Made by a program: the position numbers and the translations under genes
Assembly (NCBI GenBank): GCA_049599475.1
Contig: JBMYOQ010000069.1
Location: forward strand, 1 to 22,411
Source: Opitutales bacterium
GTDB lineage: Bacteria > Verrucomicrobiota > Verrucomicrobiia > Opitutales > JABSRG01
DNA: 22,411 nucleotides
Reading direction: 5' to 3'
In this document: piece after piece, positions 18,702 through 22,411 of the stretch
How positions within the stretch are numbered: the stretch's first letter is position 1
Layout of the letters: each line of letters opens with the position of its first letter
Notes under the pieces: generated by a model
The model's database searches: none
What the model was told of the DNA's origin: nothing
Seen by the model: the letters and a program-made list of their open reading frames with translations, nothing else

Positions 18702-18730
18702 CTCACGCAGAGGCGCAGGGAGCGCAGAGA
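18702..18730. repeat. Left arm of the 9-bp-periodic repeat family (CGCAGAG type)
   Basis: ctcacgcagaggcgcagggagcgcagaga; a short complementary remnant tctctgcgcg lies at 18601-18610. Confidence 0.65.
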
Positions 18731-18913
18731 AACTACTTAAATAGTTTTTTCCTCAAGGTCCGTGCCAGCTTGAGGAATATTGATAACCACCTATCGAACA
18801 GGCGAGAGAGTCACGCGGCGTATATCTTTTTCAGGCCTCTTCCGTTTCCAAAAATGCAGATTAGGTAAATTTTCAAAAAACTTGCCTCAGACGTTTCTAG
18901 CAAATATTTCTAT

Positions 18914-19390
18914 TTGAAAACTGAGTCTGCCCCACTCGTGAAATATTACTACATTACCCCTCAAAGCGTCGAAATCGGCCCCTACCTGGCCTTCGAATTC
19001 CGTACGCTTGTACAAAAGGGCAATGTCAGAGAATACACCTTAATCCGACGTGAACATGAAAAAGGGTATTCCCCCTACTCGAGCCTTGAGGCAGAAATAA
19101 TCGAGGCGCAGAAGTCGCTCGGTGAGACTTTTAGCCCTGAGTCTAAATACTACTACGACAGACAGAATTTCGTCTATGGACCTTTCACACTTCTAGACAT
19201 GCAGAAGGCTTTAAGGGATGATGTGATTGATGAGGAGACCCCTATACGTTCCGAGGAGTCCGGGGAATGGGCATTGCTTTATATGACTAGCATTTACCGA
19301 CTCCTCATCGGCGAGCCCATCATACCTCACGCTGAAAAGAAGCGTAGGCTTAAACTGCGCCCCAAAAACGGCGAGATCGTGGCAAAATAG
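18914..19390 (+). CDS. Protein with two tandem GYF_2 (DUF4339)-like domains
   Basis: Two repeats of 'KYYY....xxGP(Y/F)....L...G/D.(V/I).E.T.IR.E'. Confidence 0.65.
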   Translation: MKTESAPLVKYYYITPQSVEIGPYLAFEFRTLVQKGNVREYTLIRREHEKGYSPYSSLEAEIIEAQKSLGETFSPESKYYYDRQNFVYGPFTLLDMQKALRDDVIDEETPIRSEESGEWALLYMTSIYRLLIGEPIIPHAEKKRRLKLRPKNGEIVAK

Positions 19391-19536
19391 GCGTAGTCCG
19401 AATTCTCGTGAAGAAAGACTAACCGCCGACCTGGAATTTATTAAGGAGCAGCCCACTCTTCTTCCATGCGTAAGGCGTTCTGATTTCGAAACCTATTCAC
19501 AGAAAAGCCATTCAAAAGAAAGGCTTAACAACATGT

Positions 19537-19552
19537 TGGTGGAAGTAGCAGG
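19537..19552 (-). repeat. Degenerate second copy of the tmRNA 3'-end att sequence
   Basis: tggtggaagtagcagg matches tggtggaggtggcggg (19723-19738) at 13/16 positions. Confidence 0.4.
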
Positions 19553-19659
19553 TCCACGAAGTCCCCCTATGCGACTGATGTTCCGGGCGAGGCGACGTTA
19601 CCGGGCAATCTGTGAACCGGACCACCCGCAGGGTGAAACGATCAGAGCCGGAAGAGCCC

Positions 19660-19685
19660 GCCTCCGCCGAAGCTGCGGCGGAGGC
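19660..19685. terminator. GC-rich hairpin downstream (minus strand) of the tmRNA 3' fragment; AAGCT-core repeat-like
   Basis: Perfect 10-bp stem gcctccgccg-aagctg-cggcggaggc. Confidence 0.55.
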
Positions 19686-19721
19686 ACTCATATTTCTAAC
19701 GTAAGCAAGCTGCTGAGAAAT

Positions 19722-19958
19722 ATGGTGGAGGTGGCGGGAGTTGAACTCCTAAATAGCTATAGATCAACGCCTTGCGACTCAAACACTTGTAAATCCGATA
19801 CACCCCAAGACACACACATAGACCCACAAAGCAGTGTCACGGCCTGTCCTAAGTTGCGTAAGATTGTCGATACATGGAGTCATTTACCTAGCAATATTAA
19901 AGAGGCGATAACAGCCCTAACTGCGCCGTATGATAAGCAAAATCGAACCTCACAATAA
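19722..19958 (+). other. Short att-proximal ORF or remnant with an LxxIVxxWxxLPxxIxxAI motif
   Basis: 'PKLRKIVDTWSHLPSNIKEAITAL'. The N-terminus (MVEVAGVE) is only the antisense of the att sequence. Confidence 0.3.
19723..19746 (-). mobile_element. att site: duplicated 3' end of tmRNA (ssrA), marking a genomic-island boundary
   Basis: Minus strand reads GTTCAACTCCCGCCACCTCCACCA, i.e. T-loop, Ala-like acceptor 3' strand and CCA, typical of tmRNA. No 5' part of the gene adjoins it, and sequence to the right becomes visibly AT-richer. Confidence 0.82.
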
Positions 19959-20009
19959 TCTGATTCCTAAACGTCATTCACGATGAAAGCAGTGTTTCAA
20001 TAATTCAAA

Positions 20010-20684
20010 TTACTTTTTGATAATGAAACTAACTGCAAAGTTTTCGGGAACAGGCCCCGCTCCTTTCAAATTTGAATTCGTAATGTTGAGATTCGTTTCC
20101 ATGAAAAACCCATAATTTCCATCTTTATGACTACTTTCACCAGTTCTTAATTTGGGAGTCCGACCAGATAATTCCAAATTAATTGGACCATTTTCAGTCC
20201 TAATTGTGCGATTTTGCTCCCTGTCAGAAAATACTTTTGTGACGCGCGAGTATTCATGCTCATGCTCACCAATGCTAGCACTTTGATATTCACCGACTGA
20301 TTCAAAATCAAATGAACCTTTCAAGAACCTTCCACTCAGATTTGGTAGTTTTGCGGTATTTTCTCCCTGAATCAACTCAGGGAAATTTTCCAAATAATGG
20401 GCAAATAGCATAGGTGCGTCCTGACTTCTAAACGTGCTTCCGTCGCAAAGCAAATATCCATCTGGTGCTTTTCGACCAAAATAAGCAAGTATAGATCCGA
20501 CCTCAATTATTGCTATTTCCTGAAGAATTTCTTCTTTTTGGTTAAGTTCTATACCGAAGATCTTAACAGGAACCTGTTCGATCCAAAGGCGTTCAAGCAC
20601 AACGATTATAAATATAATAAGCGTTGTCGCAATAAGCCAACTAGGTAACTTTTCGATAGCTTTCTTAACAATCTCTGGGTTCAT
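20010..20684 (-). CDS. Phage tail-collar domain protein with an N-terminal transmembrane helix
   Basis: TM segment 'WLIATTLIIFIIVVLERLWI'; collar motif 'VGSILAYFGRKAPDGYLLCDGS...LF...LPNLSGRFLKG'; C-terminal 'PENFAVSFIIK' typical of tail-fibre tips. Confidence 0.85.
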   Translation of the reverse strand: MNPEIVKKAIEKLPSWLIATTLIIFIIVVLERLWIEQVPVKIFGIELNQKEEILQEIAIIEVGSILAYFGRKAPDGYLLCDGSTFRSQDAPMLFAHYLENFPELIQGENTAKLPNLSGRFLKGSFDFESVGEYQSASIGEHEHEYSRVTKVFSDREQNRTIRTENGPINLELSGRTPKLRTGESSHKDGNYGFFMETNLNITNSNLKGAGPVPENFAVSFIIKK

Positions 20685-20739
20685 AAGTGTTTACTAATTT
20701 TGGTCATTTAATAAATTATGTTATAGAGTTCTTTATGAC

Positions 20740-22350
20740 CTATTCATCATCTTCGTCCGAACCCCCAAAGTCAAAGCTCTCCAAACTCGATGGATTCCAT
20801 CGCAGAGCCTTACTGTCGTCTTGTTTCATTTCATCGATTTTGCTCAGGAAAATCTCTTTTGCATCCTTCTGAACAAACGAAACATTAGACTGATAAAATC
20901 TATTAAAGCATGGATCTTCCAATACACTTTGTTGTGCATCAGTATAATTCAGCCATCTATTTTTCACTGCCTCATAAGTAAAGAGCCAATGCTCACCATA
21001 AAGGTCAGCGTCCTCAATAACACTCTCAAGCGGTCCGAAACTTGCGCCTTCTTCAACTAAACCAGCCTCATTGCAAAGCATTAGCAAACATGCAGTTATA
21101 GAATTTGGGTATTTTGAGATCAAGCTTGCCGAGCGTTTTGTAATTTTAACGTCAAGTAATAATGAGAGCCAAAGCGAATGTGCTATCGCATCATGACACT
21201 GATGTGAACTTGCGTTGTCGCAGACGCTATCTACTAGCCTTTTTAGATCGTCAAATTCAACTGCGGCTTCGTTTACAGATTTTTGCTTAATGATAACTCC
21301 AATAGCCTCTTTTAACGCACTAAAGTCAGTTACAGCAGTTTGAAAAGCAAAGTAGATACAAGTTTCGATAGCTTCATTTTGAATATTCGCTTTGCGCAGG
21401 ACGTTAAGTGCCTCAGGAAGCACTCTTTCATCTGGATATTTTTTACTTAAAAGTATCGCATGATTAATAAATGCCTCAAGCTGACTAAGCGAGATTGGAC
21501 CAAGTAGCACGTCTTCAGTTAAGTCTAGTAAAGTCTGATCTTGCGAATCAATAGCCAGTCCAGATTCATCGAGTGGTTTGGGGTTAGGTTGGTATAGCAG
21601 CCTAACCAACATTTGCCATTCCGCCATAATGGGGGTGGGTAATTCGATAATTTTCGTCTTATGATCATTCAAACGTAACTCATACTCAGAAAGCGCGTTT
21701 CTCAATTGACTCAACGTTTGCTCGGCCTCTTCAAGACTATCACACCCAAACTCGTAGTCATCAATACAGCGAGTTCCGTTTTGATTAGCAATCTGTTCGT
21801 CTACTCGCGAGAGTATAACTTCGGAGAGCATCCTAGAAACCACAGGGCCGATAGGGATACCAACAGACTGATTATCATCCAAATGCCTCAAGGCTGCATC
21901 TATTTTATTTCCCCATAGACTTTTGTCATTCGTCTTCTGCTTGGCGTCATCTTTTGTATGGATTGCCCAAGGAATACAGTGTGTATAGATTGACGGAAAA
22001 AAAAGTGAAATATCTGCCTTCAACAGATATCTGGATAATTTCTGCTTTCTCAGCTTATGGGTTAGCCGATCGGACCAATCAACACAGTGTCTTAGCGCTC
22101 GCTGGTTAGACTTAGAAAAGTTTTGCTTTGTTAACGATATCTTAGAATTGCTAAGTTGTTCGAGCTCCATCCAGTGCTGGTTTATTATCTTAATAAGGCG
22201 ATAGAAGAAAACTGGATTTGGAATAGAAAACCCTCTCAATTTCCCTCCCGGTCGAGCCTGATTATATTTACAGCATTTTGATTTTTTGGCGAAAGAAGAT
22301 TTTCTAGGAGTGTGTTCAAATTCACTTTCCAGATTTTTCGCATTGAACAT
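20740..22350 (-). CDS. Reverse transcriptase, class 1 UG/Abi type (AbiK/DRT4-like) with an alpha-helical C-terminal domain; 5' end abuts or is cut by an IS
   Basis: 'RGFSIPNP', 'KADISLFFPSIYTHCIPWA', 'GIPIGPVVSRMLSEVIL', 'RCIDDY', 'LRLNDHKTKI', then about 300 aa of helical-looking sequence. First ATG outside the IS end is at 22350 (536 aa); the ORF-track start at 22401 lies inside the IS end. Confidence 0.88.
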   Translation of the reverse strand: MFNAKNLESEFEHTPRKSSFAKKSKCCKYNQARPGGKLRGFSIPNPVFFYRLIKIINQHWMELEQLSNSKISLTKQNFSKSNQRALRHCVDWSDRLTHKLRKQKLSRYLLKADISLFFPSIYTHCIPWAIHTKDDAKQKTNDKSLWGNKIDAALRHLDDNQSVGIPIGPVVSRMLSEVILSRVDEQIANQNGTRCIDDYEFGCDSLEEAEQTLSQLRNALSEYELRLNDHKTKIIELPTPIMAEWQMLVRLLYQPNPKPLDESGLAIDSQDQTLLDLTEDVLLGPISLSQLEAFINHAILLSKKYPDERVLPEALNVLRKANIQNEAIETCIYFAFQTAVTDFSALKEAIGVIIKQKSVNEAAVEFDDLKRLVDSVCDNASSHQCHDAIAHSLWLSLLLDVKITKRSASLISKYPNSITACLLMLCNEAGLVEEGASFGPLESVIEDADLYGEHWLFTYEAVKNRWLNYTDAQQSVLEDPCFNRFYQSNVSFVQKDAKEIFLSKIDEMKQDDSKALRWNPSSLESFDFGGSDEDDE

Positions 22351-22358
22351 CAATTCGC

Positions 22359-22411
22359 TGTCATTTTGCGGGTTAAAGTGCACCACTCGTTTGCGGGTCA
22401 AAGTGCACCAC
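22359..22411. mobile_element. IS21-family-like terminal repeat (element continues beyond the window)
   Basis: Starts TGTCA and contains a 22-bp direct repeat with a 25-bp period: tttgcgggttaaagtgcaccac (22365-22386) and tttgcgggtcaaagtgcaccac (22390-22411). Multiple subterminal repeats are typical of IS21 ends. Confidence 0.72.

Noticed and set aside
19533..19721. N-terminal part of ORF 19533..19958
   Set aside because: It reads through att copies and a hairpin; 'MLVEVAG' and 'MVEVAGVE' are antisense translations of the tmRNA 3' end.
19700..19800. Complete tRNA or tmRNA gene
   Set aside because: Only the T-loop, 3' acceptor strand and CCA are present; similarity stops at about 19746.
20010..22401. 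Diversity-generating retroelement (RT next to a tail-fibre-like gene)
   Set aside because: The RT motifs and long helical C-terminus are Abi/UG-type, not DGR-type. I found no TR/VR repeat pair with adenine-specific mismatches and no avd-like gene in the window.
20740..22401. Retron or group II intron RT
   Set aside because: No VTG or NAxxH retron motifs, and no maturase X/En domain or intron domain V/VI recognised. The upstream region, where an ncRNA would sit, is occupied by the IS end.
22365..22411. CRISPR array or iteron set
   Set aside because: Only two 22-bp units separated by 3 bp, so there are no spacers. The TG-initiated end fits an IS21 terminus better.

Overview
Bacterial chromosomal window, probably from a PVC-superphylum (Verrucomicrobiota-like) organism; this is inferred from the gene families and the intergenic repeat style. 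1-3.8 kb: yefM-yoeB toxin-antitoxin pair, a putative winged-helix protein, an internally deleted PHP/HisJ remnant, a NUDIX-methyltransferase fusion broken by an in-frame TAG, and DUF1330. 4-14 kb: a phosphoester/phosphonate-type cluster (heterodimeric ABC exporter, phnM, 2H phosphoesterase, GrpB, glpQ, hexapeptide acetyltransferase, ArsI/CadI-type VOC enzyme, convergent EEP phosphatase) with no C-P lyase core genes. 14-19.4 kb: proB with an in-frame TGA, an NhaC-family transporter, a secreted DUF1080-malectin protein and a tandem GYF_2-like protein. From about 19.72 kb a 24-bp copy of the tmRNA 3' end marks the edge of an AT-richer island. The island carries a class 1 UG/Abi-type (defence-type) reverse transcriptase with an atypical CIDD motif, followed 55 bp downstream by a membrane-anchored phage tail-collar protein. 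This pair is the best candidate for an undescribed system. An IS21-like end abuts or truncates the RT 5' end at the window edge. Many intergenic spacers carry inverted repeats with a 9-bp period. All calls come from motif recognition by eye; no searches were run.
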